A program made the translations under genes and the position numbers. Below are positions 9,430-18,398 of a stretch of 26,020 nucleotides of DNA, one piece after another. Below the pieces are notes generated by a model. That model saw nothing but the letters and a program-made list of their open reading frames with translations, ran no database searches and was not told the origin of the DNA. Every line of letters begins with the position of its first letter. The stretch's first letter is position 1. This DNA is from an uncultured archaeon. GTDB taxonomy: Archaea; Asgardarchaeota; Thorarchaeia; Thorarchaeales; Thorarchaeaceae. Location: contig CAYYQL010000036.1 in assembly GCA_964473825.1 (NCBI GenBank), positions 1-26,020 of the forward strand. Direction: 5' to 3'.

Positions 9430-10092
9430 CTAAGCCATAGAGGCGAAATAGCTACAGTGTCGACTCAGAATACACTGACCACATAGGGGATTTCTCGCCC
9501 GGCAAACCTGGCGCCCATGTGTCACTAGGTTGTGATTCAATGAATAGATGCAGGATTTGGGGATGATTGCCTCAAGGAGTTCATGAGCCTTCTCTCTTGT
9601 AGTGTCGTCATCAATCAACCCCAGACGCTTCGTCACTCGCCAGACGTGAGTATCGACAGGTAGTGCTGCGCGTCCGAATGAGAACAAGAGAACGATTGCA
9701 GCAGTCTTGGGACCAACACCATGTAGTGAGGTCAACCAGTCTTTCGCCTCCGCCAACGGCAGGTCCTTCAAGTGGGAGATGTCGAGAGAACCGACCCTCC
9801 TTTTAATCTCGGAGAGAGCAGCCTTGATTCTCTCCGTCTTTATGCGGAAGAAGCCTGAAACGCGGATAGCATCCTCAACCGCTTCATTGGGCGCCTTCAG
9901 TAGTTCCTCCCAGCTTGAGAATCTCTCCTTCAATCTTGCAAAGGCACGACTGGTATTGACATCTGAGGTGTTCTGACTCAATATTGTGAGAACCAGTTCA
10001 TCGATGGCTGGTAGCTGTCTACTGGCAATTCTGTCACCATATTCCTCCACAAGAACATCGCAGATTCGTTGTGCTTTCCGCTCGACCGACAT
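9430..10092 (-). CDS. nth: Endonuclease III (HhH-GPD glycosylase, 4Fe-4S)
   Basis: ILSQNT, LHGVGPKTA (HhH), PVDTHVWRV, C-x6-C-x2-C-x5-C cluster. Confidence 0.93.
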   Translation of the reverse strand: MSVERKAQRICDVLVEEYGDRIASRQLPAIDELVLTILSQNTSDVNTSRAFARLKERFSSWEELLKAPNEAVEDAIRVSGFFRIKTERIKAALSEIKRRVGSLDISHLKDLPLAEAKDWLTSLHGVGPKTAAIVLLFSFGRAALPVDTHVWRVTKRLGLIDDDTTREKAHELLEAIIPKSCIYSLNHNLVTHGRQVCRARNPLCGQCILSRHCSYFASMA

Positions 10093-10095
10093 CTC

Positions 10096-11898
10096 TCATC
10101 CAGCCATCGCTTGATGTGCCTGAATCTGCAGTTCGTACAAGGAATAGTACTTACCTCTCTTCTTCATGAGTTCGGCATGATTTCCGGACTCAACAATCTT
10201 GCCATCTTCGAGGACAAGGATCCTATCAGCCTTGACAATGGTGGAAAGCCTGTGAGCAATGACTATTGATGTCCGATTCTTCAAGAGCGCCTTCATTCCC
10301 TTCTGGATTGCGTATTCAGTATACACATCTATTGAACTCGTGGCCTCATCTAGCACCAGGATTCGAGGATTTGCCAGCAGCGCGCGAGCGAAACTCACAA
10401 GTTGACGTTCTCCCTCGCTGAGCCGTTCACCGCGCTCGCCCACCTCTGTATCAAGTCCGTTTTCAAGTCCTTCAATTATTCTTCGAGCACCAATTGCGTC
10501 AGTGGCAGCAACTACCTCCTCATCACTGGCATCTGGCCGCCCGTACTTGATATTCTCCCTGACAGTACCCATGAACAGGAACGAGTCCTGAAGAACGAGA
10601 CCAATAGTCGCTTGAAGTGAGTTTAGAGTCACATCTCGAATATCAATACCGTCAATTCTGACAGATCCCTTGTCTACGTCGTAGAATCTGTTCAGAAGAC
10701 TGACGACCGTTGTCTTTCCGGCACCAGTGTCCCCAACGAGGGCTATCGTTTCGCCTGCTTGTATCTCGAGGTTGAAGTTCTCAAGTACGTTCTTACCCTC
10801 AACATAGCTGAATGTGACATCATCAAATGCGATGTGACCATCCACATGAGGCATCTCGATTGCGCCCGGTCGGTCACGTACCGTTGATTCCGTGTCCATG
10901 ACCGTGAAGACTCGCTCACCACCAGCAAATGCGCTCTGTACACTGGTGTAAAAGTTGGAAATGATCAGAATCGGCCTGAAGAACTGATCGCTGAAGCGGA
11001 TGAACATGATAACTGTTCCGAGGGTCACAAGACCCTGGATGAGCCTCATTCCTCCAAACCAGAGTATGAGGAATGTTCCAAGACCACCGATGAAACGGAT
11101 TGAGGGGAAGAAAGTAGATTGTGCCTTTCCCGCATCTACGTTGGACTCGTAGTCTGCTCGGTTTACTACATCGAAGTTCTCTACGTTGATTCTCTCGCGG
11201 GCAAAGCTTTTGGTGACCTTAGCGCCAGATATGCTCTCAGCCAGGTTCGCAGTGACAACCGAAATGGTCTTTCTGGTCTGCCTGTAGGCCTCCTTTAGCC
11301 GCTTTCGATAATATACGGTTGAAACCAGGAGGAGAGGAACCACGGCCAACGTGACCAGAGCAAGCTCCGTATCCACAGTGAAAATGACTCCTCCAATGGC
11401 AACCACAATGAATACTTGAGCGAAGGCATTGATGAGACCACCATTGAGCAGTTCACTCATTCTGTCGATATCGTTTGTCAGTCGAGAGATAACTCGGCCA
11501 CTTGCAGATTCATCGTAGAAGTCTTGGGAGAGCGCCTGTAGATGTGAAAAGAGATCTTGCCTGATATCGTAGATGGCATTCTGGCCCATCCAGCTCATGA
11601 GATACTCACTACCATATGTAGAAACCCAAGAGAGTATCTGCAAAATCACATAGATGGCTGCTGTCATCATGAGAGCCTGAAGATCACCACTAGGAAAGTC
11701 CACATCTATAGCTTGTCTGAGTACGAATGGAATCAAGACACTGGTCACGATTCCAAGCACCACAAAAGCAGCCACTGCTGCAAAAGCTCTTGGATATCGT
11801 AGAAGGTATCCGACCATCCGTTTCAGAAGCTGTGTATCAGAGAACTCGTAAGTCCTGGCCTCTGGCTCGTCCTGTTGGTTAAGAGCACTACTCACCAC
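10096..11898 (-). CDS. ABC exporter TMD-NBD half (TM288-like: intact Walker B Glu, degenerate signature)
   Basis: 6-TM domain, GDTGAGKT, LSEGERQ, LVLDEATS, IAHRLST. Confidence 0.93.
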   Translation of the reverse strand: MVSSALNQQDEPEARTYEFSDTQLLKRMVGYLLRYPRAFAAVAAFVVLGIVTSVLIPFVLRQAIDVDFPSGDLQALMMTAAIYVILQILSWVSTYGSEYLMSWMGQNAIYDIRQDLFSHLQALSQDFYDESASGRVISRLTNDIDRMSELLNGGLINAFAQVFIVVAIGGVIFTVDTELALVTLAVVPLLLVSTVYYRKRLKEAYRQTRKTISVVTANLAESISGAKVTKSFARERINVENFDVVNRADYESNVDAGKAQSTFFPSIRFIGGLGTFLILWFGGMRLIQGLVTLGTVIMFIRFSDQFFRPILIISNFYTSVQSAFAGGERVFTVMDTESTVRDRPGAIEMPHVDGHIAFDDVTFSYVEGKNVLENFNLEIQAGETIALVGDTGAGKTTVVSLLNRFYDVDKGSVRIDGIDIRDVTLNSLQATIGLVLQDSFLFMGTVRENIKYGRPDASDEEVVAATDAIGARRIIEGLENGLDTEVGERGERLSEGERQLVSFARALLANPRILVLDEATSSIDVYTEYAIQKGMKALLKNRTSIVIAHRLSTIVKADRILVLEDGKIVESGNHAELMKKRGKYYSLYELQIQAHQAMAG

Positions 11899-13813
11899 TG
11901 ATACCTCCCACTGTAACCTTTGCGCTGTCTTCTTCGTCGGGAACGGCTGCCGCCAGCTCCATCTCTGTCAGGGTGGAATGAATGCCTGCATAGAGCCCGT
12001 CCTTTGCTAGGAGCTCTTCATGGCTACCCATCTCAATGATTCTTCCTCGTTCCATCATCACAATTATGCTGGCATTGCGGATAGTACTAAGTCTGTGAGT
12101 GATGATGAAGGTGGTTCGACCCTCCATAAGATACTCCATAGCCTCTTGGATGAGTTTCTCTGTGTTAGCGTCAACAGAGCTTGTTGAATCGTCGAGAATC
12201 AGAATCTGCGGATCTGCAAGGAGCGCCCGTGCAATGGCAATCCTCTGCTTCTGACCCCCGCTCAATGTCACACCGCGTTCGCCAACAACCGAGTCGTATT
12301 GCTCATCGAGGGTCATGATGAAGTCGTGGATTCTAGCGGCTCTCGCGGCATCTTTCACCTTCTCCAATGGAGCGTCAGGACAGGCGAAGGCTATATTCTC
12401 ACGAATTGTGGCAGAGAACAGAAAAGGATCCTGATGTACCATGCCAGTCTTTGCACGTAGTTCTCGGATCCCATATCTCCTGACATCGATGCCGTCGATG
12501 AGGACTCTCCCCGGAGAACGTAATTCGCACTGTTCTCCCTCGATCTCAACAAAGCCATCTTTGACGGGATGCTTCTGTTCATCAATTCTGACAAACTCGC
12601 CATCAATGACCCGATGCACCCGTCCGTCATAGTAGATTGTGGGATCCGAACTGACATCATAGAATCGGGGGATCAGGTTCATGAGACTACTCTTTCCAGA
12701 ACCCGTCCCGCCCAGAAGCGCCACAACAGCCCCAGGCTTTACAGAGAAATCTATGTCTTTGAGCTGATACTTTTCTCCACTATAGCTGAAGTAGACATGC
12801 TCGAAGTCTATCGCACCCTGTATTTCATCGATATCAACAGGATCTTCAGGGTCAGTAACTTCTTCTTCATGATCAAGTATGTAGAAAGTCCTCTCAGCTG
12901 CTGCGGAGGCACGTTGATACATCCCCACACCCCAGCTCAGAAAACGAGCGGGAAGGATGAGCATGCTCACTAGTGTGATATATGCAACAAACTTGCCGTA
13001 TGTGAGACCCTCGAGGACGAAAGACACACCGCCCAGGTAGATGAGAAATCCTATCGCCAAGCCGAACAGGGTGGGCAGCATTGGCCGATAGAGAGCAAGA
13101 AGTCTGAATGCCTCAGTCGCGAGATCGCGGTACTTACTGTTCTCCACTTCAACACGTGCATTTTCCCGTTCCTTTGCGGCGTATGACTTGACAACCTTCA
13201 TTCCAACGATGTTCTCGGCAAGGACTGAGCTGAGCTCACCGTATTGGCTACGGGTCTTGTAGAAGACGGGACGAACCTTCTTTGCAAAGACATAGACAAA
13301 TGTGCCAATGACAATGAGCATGGGGAGCATGTATAGTGTCAGTGTGGTGCTGATTGTCCACATGACTGCATAGGTGCCAACCAGAGTAGCAATGCCGATA
13401 ACAATCACCCTGTACCCCCAATACAGAAACTCACGCATGGTGGTGACATCAGTCGTAACTCGCGCCAGCAGTTGACCGGTCTCATTGGCATCGTAGAACG
13501 AGAGATCTTTCTCCATCAGTGATTCATACAACTCGCCTCTCATGTCGTAGATCGACTGCTGAGAGGAGAGCGCAGCACCAAAACGACCAGCAATATCGAA
13601 TATTGCATATAGACCGGCGAGTGCCAAATAGAGGAATACATTAGGGATGAGAGCGCTGTAGTCCTGTGAAGGTATGACTTGATCTACAATCTGCTCAATG
13701 ACAATTGGCGTCAGTACGTTGAATATAGTACCCGCTATTGCACACGAGACGAATCCGACAAACAGCTTCCGGTTCCTGAGGGGATAGCTGGTGAGACGTG
13801 AGATGTAGCCCAT
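11888..13813 (-). CDS. ABC exporter TMD-NBD half (TM287-like: Walker B DD), with an NBD insertion
   Basis: GGTGSGKS, LSGGQKQR, LILDDSTS, ITHRLST; overlaps the partner gene. Start ATG 13813 (alternative 13846). Confidence 0.93.
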   Translation of the reverse strand: MGYISRLTSYPLRNRKLFVGFVSCAIAGTIFNVLTPIVIEQIVDQVIPSQDYSALIPNVFLYLALAGLYAIFDIAGRFGAALSSQQSIYDMRGELYESLMEKDLSFYDANETGQLLARVTTDVTTMREFLYWGYRVIVIGIATLVGTYAVMWTISTTLTLYMLPMLIVIGTFVYVFAKKVRPVFYKTRSQYGELSSVLAENIVGMKVVKSYAAKERENARVEVENSKYRDLATEAFRLLALYRPMLPTLFGLAIGFLIYLGGVSFVLEGLTYGKFVAYITLVSMLILPARFLSWGVGMYQRASAAAERTFYILDHEEEVTDPEDPVDIDEIQGAIDFEHVYFSYSGEKYQLKDIDFSVKPGAVVALLGGTGSGKSSLMNLIPRFYDVSSDPTIYYDGRVHRVIDGEFVRIDEQKHPVKDGFVEIEGEQCELRSPGRVLIDGIDVRRYGIRELRAKTGMVHQDPFLFSATIRENIAFACPDAPLEKVKDAARAARIHDFIMTLDEQYDSVVGERGVTLSGGQKQRIAIARALLADPQILILDDSTSSVDANTEKLIQEAMEYLMEGRTTFIITHRLSTIRNASIIVMMERGRIIEMGSHEELLAKDGLYAGIHSTLTEMELAAAVPDEEDSAKVTVGGISGE

Positions 13814-13874
13814 AGTATCTTCTTCCAGCCCTCCATCATTATGCATGATAAGAGTTGTGAAAACTACATGAAAT

Positions 13875-14300
13875 TCATGAGTTATTGGCGCATTGCTGCG
13901 TCAAGGCAACACCCAGCTCCCGACAGGCATCAAGATCCCGACCATAAGGATGGTCCTTGACCTTGAGTGGACTCTCTGCTACCAATACCGCTCCGACATT
14001 CTCCAAGTGCTCGGCAATGATATCCGGAGCTTCACCGCTCCATCCGTAAGACCCAAAGGCTGCAGCAGGTAGCTCGTCAATCTCAGCAAGCTCTGCAAGT
14101 ATCTGGCGAACCTTAGGTAGGGGTTTCTTCATTCGTGTCGAACTTCCAATGGCCACAGCGCAGTCATCAACTACTCCGTCGAACTTGCGTGCTTCAACGA
14201 GTCTGCATTGAACACCCTCTGACTCGACCCCCTCACAGATCGTTTCGGCCATTTTCTTTGTCCTACCCATGGTGCTCTCATATATGACCAGTACTCGCAT
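13875..14300 (-). CDS. Flavodoxin-like protein
   Basis: MRVLVIYESTMGRTKKMAETI FMN loop, AIGSST, AFGSYGWSGEA. Start ATG 14300. Confidence 0.85.
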   Translation of the reverse strand: MRVLVIYESTMGRTKKMAETICEGVESEGVQCRLVEARKFDGVVDDCAVAIGSSTRMKKPLPKVRQILAELAEIDELPAAAFGSYGWSGEAPDIIAEHLENVGAVLVAESPLKVKDHPYGRDLDACRELGVALTQQCANNS

Positions 14301-14384
14301 CTGAATCAAGACAACGCAGACTTCAAAGAACAAAAGGCTTCTGCAACAAGCATTGTCTTTGTCATGACGAAAAGTAAATGGAAA

Positions 14385-14405
14385 GGGACGCGCTAATGGC
14401 GTCCC
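14385..14405 (-). terminator. Hairpin plus T-rich tract after the 14418 ORF
   Basis: GGGACGC-7nt-GCGTCCC, followed on the minus strand by TTTCCATTTACTTTT. Confidence 0.55.
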
Positions 14406-14417
14406 CCAAGACCGGGA

Positions 14418-15143
14418 CTACTCCCAGTTGTAGAAGTCGTCATCCTCGGATACTCTTGAGTTGAACCTCTTGAATTTCTTCATCGAGCGGTTGACAGCTC
14501 GTTCAACTTGGCCACCTATCCGCTCTCCAAGGTTCTCAAGCTCTTCGAGGCCCTTGATTCCCTTCTTGGTCAGCAGAATCTCCTTGCCGTTAGAGCCTCT
14601 GACAGATACTCCCTCATCTCCAACAGAGACCATCTTGTTCTCGCTCACAACATAGACGCGCTTGCCATAGGTGAGGACCAGCTCATCTTCTTTGACTACC
14701 AGAACAATCTTGGTTTCTGATTCATCTCTGCCGATGAGTATCTTACCATCAGGCTCGAAGTTGACTGATTCCTGGTCATGCTGCCCAAGGAGGGGTGCTG
14801 CCTCTGCAAGGAACTCATCCTTACCTCTGAAACCAGCTCCTGAGAGATCTTCATCCTCTGCCGTTTTGGAGTGCCCTTCGATGTCGGGCTTGTAAAATAG
14901 CAGTTGTACTCCCTTCAGGTCGCCACTCTCGGACTTGCCCACCGCACCTGCACGGGTCTCTGCAATGGCATCAACCACGAATCTGGCCGGCCCTGCAAAG
15001 ACGATCCCTACTCTCCTATCATCTAGAGTTACATAGGACCAGACACACCCTAGGTCCATCTCGATGATAGCCTTGTCTGTAGATATCGGCAAGTAGGGCT
15101 CGGTTGTTACCATGACTCGCTCGTCAATCTCCAGCCTTGCCAT
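14418..15143 (-). CDS. Hypothetical beta-rich protein, translationally coupled to the wHTH gene
   Basis: 241 aa; its ATG overlaps the upstream stop (TAATG at 15143). Confidence 0.75.
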   Translation of the reverse strand: MARLEIDERVMVTTEPYLPISTDKAIIEMDLGCVWSYVTLDDRRVGIVFAGPARFVVDAIAETRAGAVGKSESGDLKGVQLLFYKPDIEGHSKTAEDEDLSGAGFRGKDEFLAEAAPLLGQHDQESVNFEPDGKILIGRDESETKIVLVVKEDELVLTYGKRVYVVSENKMVSVGDEGVSVRGSNGKEILLTKKGIKGLEELENLGERIGGQVERAVNRSMKKFKRFNSRVSEDDDFYNWE

Positions 15144-15934
15144 TACTCTTCGTCCTCCTCTGAGTAGTTCTCTGATGTGTATTCAGATTGCTCTCCAGAG
15201 TCTTCAGGTTCGCCCTCGTCGAATTCGACACCCACCTCGTCCTCGGCCTCACGGCTCTGGCCATTTGTCAGCTGATACTCAACTCTGCTCGTAAGCCATT
15301 GGGCGAGACGATACGCAAGACGACCTACGACAGTCACATAATAGGTACCGCGGACCTCCCCCTTGATGATGTATCCCGCATCTAGCAGAGGATTCAGATG
15401 GTGAGTGAGAGAACTCCCGGTCTTACCGGTGTGGGCCTCCAACTCGTTGAACGATTTGCCACCATCTTTCAGGAAGTCCAATATCTTCAGACGTTCTTCA
15501 CTGCCAAGTGGGCTTATGACTTCCGCCACCCGCTCGGGAGGTATTTTCTCGATCGCCCTCTTCTTTGGCCTGCGTCTGTGTTTGACCCTGAACTGGGGAA
15601 ACTGGAGGCTGGCCTCTATCCCCTCGATGCCTCTGAGGCTTGCTGAGATTTGCTCACCCAGTCCGTCCATCATCTCTTCCAGACTCTCAGTCAGACCTTC
15701 GAGATTGATGGTTGCGCCGTAAGGCCTTGGTGGATGAGGGGGGCCAATCTTCTTTGGAGGAATAGGTTTTTTCGGATGTTCATGTCTCGGATGCCGTCGC
15801 CGTGGCTCTGACTCCCTCAGTCTCTTCTTCTCTTCACGAACTTCTTCGACTTCTTTCTGCAGAGCCTCCTTGAGCCTGCGTACTTCCTCGAGTTCGTCCT
15901 TGATCCTGTCTATGTCATCACTCAATTGTATCAC
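15143..15934 (-). CDS. ArsR/SmtB-type winged-helix regulator with N-terminal coiled coil and acidic tail
   Basis: LGSEERLKILDFL...KSFNELEAHTGKTGSSLTHHLNPLLDAGYI...GTYYVT. Start GTG 15934 or TTG 15925. Confidence 0.85.
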   Translation of the reverse strand: MIQLSDDIDRIKDELEEVRRLKEALQKEVEEVREEKKRLRESEPRRRHPRHEHPKKPIPPKKIGPPHPPRPYGATINLEGLTESLEEMMDGLGEQISASLRGIEGIEASLQFPQFRVKHRRRPKKRAIEKIPPERVAEVISPLGSEERLKILDFLKDGGKSFNELEAHTGKTGSSLTHHLNPLLDAGYIIKGEVRGTYYVTVVGRLAYRLAQWLTSRVEYQLTNGQSREAEDEVGVEFDEGEPEDSGEQSEYTSENYSEEDEE

Positions 15935-15940
15935 TTATCC

Positions 15941-16084
15941 TTAGACTATCATGTATGATCGGAGTGCGCCTGAACCATAGTGACTGCTTGGACTCTTCGT
16001 CCCTTCAGCGTGTCGATCCAAATGGGTGTGTTCACATCTTGGACTCTCAGTCTTTTGTTGTGCAGTATCGACCCCGTCACACAT
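15941..16084 (-). CDS. Putative 47-aa small protein at the head of the wHTH operon
   Basis: MCDGVDTAQQKTESPRCEHTHLDRHAEGTKSPSSHYGSGALRSYMIV*; follows a BRE/TATA (AAAAACGCTTATAT) and TAAGTGATA; stops 6 nt before the wHTH start. Confidence 0.45.
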   Translation of the reverse strand: MCDGVDTAQQKTESPRCEHTHLDRHAEGTKSPSSHYGSGALRSYMIV

Positions 16085-16119
16085 GCTTATCACTTAACTG
16101 TATTAAGGTACATTATTAC

Positions 16120-16133
16120 ATATAAGCGTTTTT
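16120..16133 (-). promoter_or_regulatory. Archaeal BRE/TATA for the small ORF-wHTH operon
   Basis: Minus strand reads AAAAACGCTTATAT in an AT-rich divergent intergenic region. Confidence 0.5.
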
Positions 16134-16276
16134 ATTCGGTCAATTTACATTAAATCTGACAGGGTCAAAACGGTGTTTGCTTATCTATGAACCCACTATG
16201 TGCAATCTAAGCGAACCATAGAAAAGCAAGGGGTACTCAAGCAGCTCTGAAAGATATAGACACGAAATACACGCCT

Positions 16277-16292
16277 AAAAAACCCTTATTAA
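16277..16292 (+). promoter_or_regulatory. Archaeal BRE/TATA for the histone gene
   Basis: AAAAAACCCTTATTAA, about 140 nt upstream of ATG 16433. Confidence 0.5.
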
Positions 16293-16316
16293 CAAGATAC
16301 AGCCTCTCTAACGCCT

Positions 16317-16425
16317 CACGCCTTGGTCTTGGATGTTTGCGTGGATGCGGAGGAAATGCCCCCTCTCGTCGATTGAGGGCACATCTACAGCACGTAGACG
16401 TTCAGCCAAAAAAAAGACGGGTGTG
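16317..16425 (+). ncRNA. Candidate structured 5' leader (long hairpin) of the histone mRNA
   Basis: 16330-16343 pairs with 16391-16404 (14 contiguous pairs, 4 G-U), plus inner and outer stems; folded by eye. Confidence 0.4.
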
Positions 16426-16432
16426 CAAAAAG

Positions 16433-16630
16433 ATGGCAAAGAAGAAGAAAGAAACTAAGACTGACTATGTAGTCAAGAAGGCTGTCCAAGATTTTGCTCG
16501 GGCAAATAACATGATGGTTGGATCCGATTCGTATGATGCGATAAACGCCGGAATCCATGCCATGCTAGAAGGAGCAGCAGAACGCGCCAAGGCTAACAAG
16601 AGAAAGACTCTGAAGGCCTACGACTTCTAG
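16433..16630 (+). CDS. Short prokaryotic histone-fold protein (alpha3-truncated, face-to-face/Bd0055-like) with Lys-rich N-terminus
   Basis: MAKKKKETKTDYVVKKAVQDFARANNMMVGSDSYDAINAGIHAMLEGAAERAKANKRKTLKAYDF (65 aa) with the histone L2 motif AxxxxRKTxxxxD at the C-terminus. Confidence 0.85.
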   Translation: MAKKKKETKTDYVVKKAVQDFARANNMMVGSDSYDAINAGIHAMLEGAAERAKANKRKTLKAYDF

Positions 16631-16645
16631 TTCTAGTATATCTGT

Positions 16646-16673
16646 TGGGGCGTGCTCTGCAGAACGCGCCCCA
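16646..16673 (+). terminator. GC-rich stem-loop 3' of the histone gene
   Basis: TGGGGCGTG...CGCGCCCCA 15 nt after the stop, between convergent genes. Confidence 0.5.
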
Positions 16674-16750
16674 CTATTCACCAATTATCCGCTTGTTGGC
16701 CTACTCAGAAGCCAGACGCTGCTTTGACGCTAAGGCATTTGAGGAGAATC

Positions 16751-17644
16751 TCATCTCAGCCCTGCATCTTCCAGAAGATAGTCCAGTACGCTCTTCCAGA
16801 TCTTGTTGTCCTCACGCATCTTGTTCTCGAAATTGTTGGTGTTGATGTATTCTTGCAGAGCCATCTCAGCCTCTTTGCCATAGCCCTCTTCTGAGGGGGT
16901 AGAGAGATAGCCGAGCTCTGACAGTGCCTTCGTAATCTCTGACGCAACATCACCCTTTATTGTCAAGAGATTGCTTGGGTCTTCACGGCTCAGAAGAGTC
17001 ATATCATAGATGGAGAAGACACGCTCGAGTTCCTCGATGGGGCTTGGATGGTCATCGACACGCACATCGACATATCTGTCAGTGCCTCCCTCGTAGCCGC
17101 CACCTTTTCTGACCACAAGAAGGGCGGCCGACTGCATACCACGACGATCTCCCCCCTTGCTCTGACCTGCCTTCAGCGCTCCAAACAGCCTGTCTATGAG
17201 GTCGCCTTGTGTGGCCTCGAAGGTCTCAGCCATAGCACCAACAACCTCTGGTCCAGCTAGGATGTTCCCCTGACAGGCATACCCATCACCCATATGGTGC
17301 CCGGCCCACTCCATGCACTCCTCGCCAGTATGTACGGCCACATTTCCCCTAGAGTCCACGATGGCTACCTGTCTATGTTTGCGGCCCTCATCTGCAGCAA
17401 GAAGGACATCCAAAACCTCGGATGCGTTCATTCCACTCTTCAGAAAGTCGAGGCCCTTAGGCCCATACGAAACATTCGCCCACGCCTGGGTTGCGATTGC
17501 GCCAACCTCGGCCTCTGCCCAAGGGACGAGAGAACCCACTGCTGGGAACTTGCTCTGTACTATCACTCCGAGGTCCCCGTTTTCAGGGTCACGGGCCACC
17601 ATTGAGAACGTTGAGAGCCTCGGGAAACGTGTGTTGATACTCAT
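16751..17644 (-). CDS. DUF1028 family Ntn-hydrolase-like protein with C-terminal PG-binding-like domain
   Basis: STFSMVARD, AIATQA, RQVAIVD, HTG, QGNIL, GGDRRGMQSAAL, DVRVDDHPSPIEEL. Confidence 0.88.
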   Translation of the reverse strand: MSINTRFPRLSTFSMVARDPENGDLGVIVQSKFPAVGSLVPWAEAEVGAIATQAWANVSYGPKGLDFLKSGMNASEVLDVLLAADEGRKHRQVAIVDSRGNVAVHTGEECMEWAGHHMGDGYACQGNILAGPEVVGAMAETFEATQGDLIDRLFGALKAGQSKGGDRRGMQSAALLVVRKGGGYEGGTDRYVDVRVDDHPSPIEELERVFSIYDMTLLSREDPSNLLTIKGDVASEITKALSELGYLSTPSEEGYGKEAEMALQEYINTNNFENKMREDNKIWKSVLDYLLEDAGLR

Positions 17645-17747
17645 GTCCTATCCACCAATCAGTCTACGTCAACCAGGCTAAGAGAGCTTCATGACATAAA
17701 ACCATCCGGGTTTGATAAGATTACGAGAAGAGCTAGATTGAAGAGGA

Positions 17748-18116
17748 ATGGAATCGAGAAGATTGAAGCGGGTGATGGTCGAGTTGGAAGATATCTCAAC
17801 TCTCACGTTGTGCGGACATGACTGTTCATTCTGTCCCAGTCTCAGAGAAGATGCCGAGCAACGGTGTCAGGGATGTAACGGTCAGAGCGGCAGACCATGG
17901 TGGGGCGAGTGCAAGGTATACAGATGCGCCGGCGATAAGGGCATCCACCACTGCGGGCTTTGCAACGATTTTCCTTGCGACTTACTCGCGGGACACTACG
18001 ATCCTGACAACCCGGAGGGGCAGAGGAATGCAGTCGTGAGAATGGGAGTCTTGGCCTACCGGCGACAACATGGGGATAGGAAAGCACTGGCACTCCTAAA
18101 GAAGACAAGAAGATGA
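17748..18116 (+). CDS. DUF3795 Cys-rich protein
   Basis: CGHDCSFCP...CQGC...CKVYRC...HCGLCNDFPC. Start may be ATG 17775. Confidence 0.8.
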   Translation: MESRRLKRVMVELEDISTLTLCGHDCSFCPSLREDAEQRCQGCNGQSGRPWWGECKVYRCAGDKGIHHCGLCNDFPCDLLAGHYDPDNPEGQRNAVVRMGVLAYRRQHGDRKALALLKKTRR

Positions 18117-18143
18117 AAATCTTGCACCCGGGGTTGGTATGAG

Positions 18144-18398
18144 ATGAAGTTTGATGGCTATGGAACGCCCTGTCTGCTCTATTGCGGCTCGTGCCGCTAC
18201 TTCATGAACGCGGAATGCAAGGGGTGTGGAACAGAGAGCAGAGAGGGATGCAGCATCTATGAGTGCTGTAGGAACAAAAGGGGGCTGAAGTTCTGTTCAG
18301 AGTGTGAGCAGTTCCCCTGTGACACCCTGAAACAGAGTGTGGGGGTTCATCCCAAGTGGCTGGAGGATCAAGCCCGGTTCCCCGCAAGGAAATGGTGA
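18144..18398 (+). CDS. DUF3795 Cys-rich protein (second copy)
   Basis: PCLLYCGSC...CKGC...CSIYECC...FCSECEQFPC. Confidence 0.8.
   Translation: MKFDGYGTPCLLYCGSCRYFMNAECKGCGTESREGCSIYECCRNKRGLKFCSECEQFPCDTLKQSVGVHPKWLEDQARFPARKW

Noticed and set aside
12512-12652. Intein in the ABC NBD
   Set aside because: Too short and lacks the terminal His-Asn and splicing blocks.
16337-16432. N-terminal extension of the histone ORF (MRGCGG...)
   Set aside because: TTG start lies inside a predicted hairpin leader; the histone-like sequence begins at ATG 16433.
16646-16673. Homolog of the metazoan histone 3' stem-loop
   Set aside because: Does not match the 6-bp stem / UUUN loop consensus; similar GC hairpins follow other genes here.
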